Assembly (NCBI GenBank): GCA_951406725.2
Contig: OX597831.1
Location: forward strand, 61,070,001-61,134,000
Direction: 5' to 3'
Origin: Octopus vulgaris
Lineage: Eukaryota
DNA: 64,000 nt
Shown: piece after piece, positions 63,946 to 64,000 of the stretch
How positions within the stretch are numbered: the stretch's first letter is position 1
Layout of the letters: every line of letters begins with the position of its first letter
Made by a program: the position numbers and the translations under genes
The notes under the pieces: model-generated
Told to the model about the DNA's origin: nothing
The model's database searches: none
The model's input: only the letters and a program-made list of their open reading frames with translations

Positions 63946-64000
63946 AAATATATAAATGCTGGCATGGCTGTGCGGTTAAGATCACTTTGCAACGATGTGG

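Overview
AT-rich, repeat-saturated animal DNA with no recognisable host protein-coding gene. It is most likely an intron or intergenic stretch of an octopus (coleoid cephalopod) genome, an inference from recognising the SINE families and the very dense (TA)n/(AAT)n/(CA)n microsatellites. The window contains four tRNA- or RTE-related SINE families in many copies and many 5'-truncated R4/Dong-like (RLE) LINE fragments in (AAT)n tracts. It also holds RTE, CR1 and L1/Tx1 LINE fragments, several Penelope-like (PLE) fragments and a decayed Chapaev3-like transposon with both ends. Smaller DNA elements include Merlin-like MITEs with 8-bp TSDs, Tc1/mariner remnants, and possible Helitron and piggyBac remnants. 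The most notable signal is a set of at least five short non-coding elements carrying minimal hammerhead-ribozyme (HHR) motifs. One is a head-to-head palindrome of a tRNA-like head + (AAT)n + HHR element (55857-57555). Another is a retrozyme-like partial tandem whose first copy starts exactly at the predicted cleavage site (33375-33890). A short bipartite RTE derivative begins with an HDV-like fold. All long ORFs in the track are transposon remnants or microsatellite artefacts. Coordinates were read by eye, and family names come from motif recognition, not database searches.
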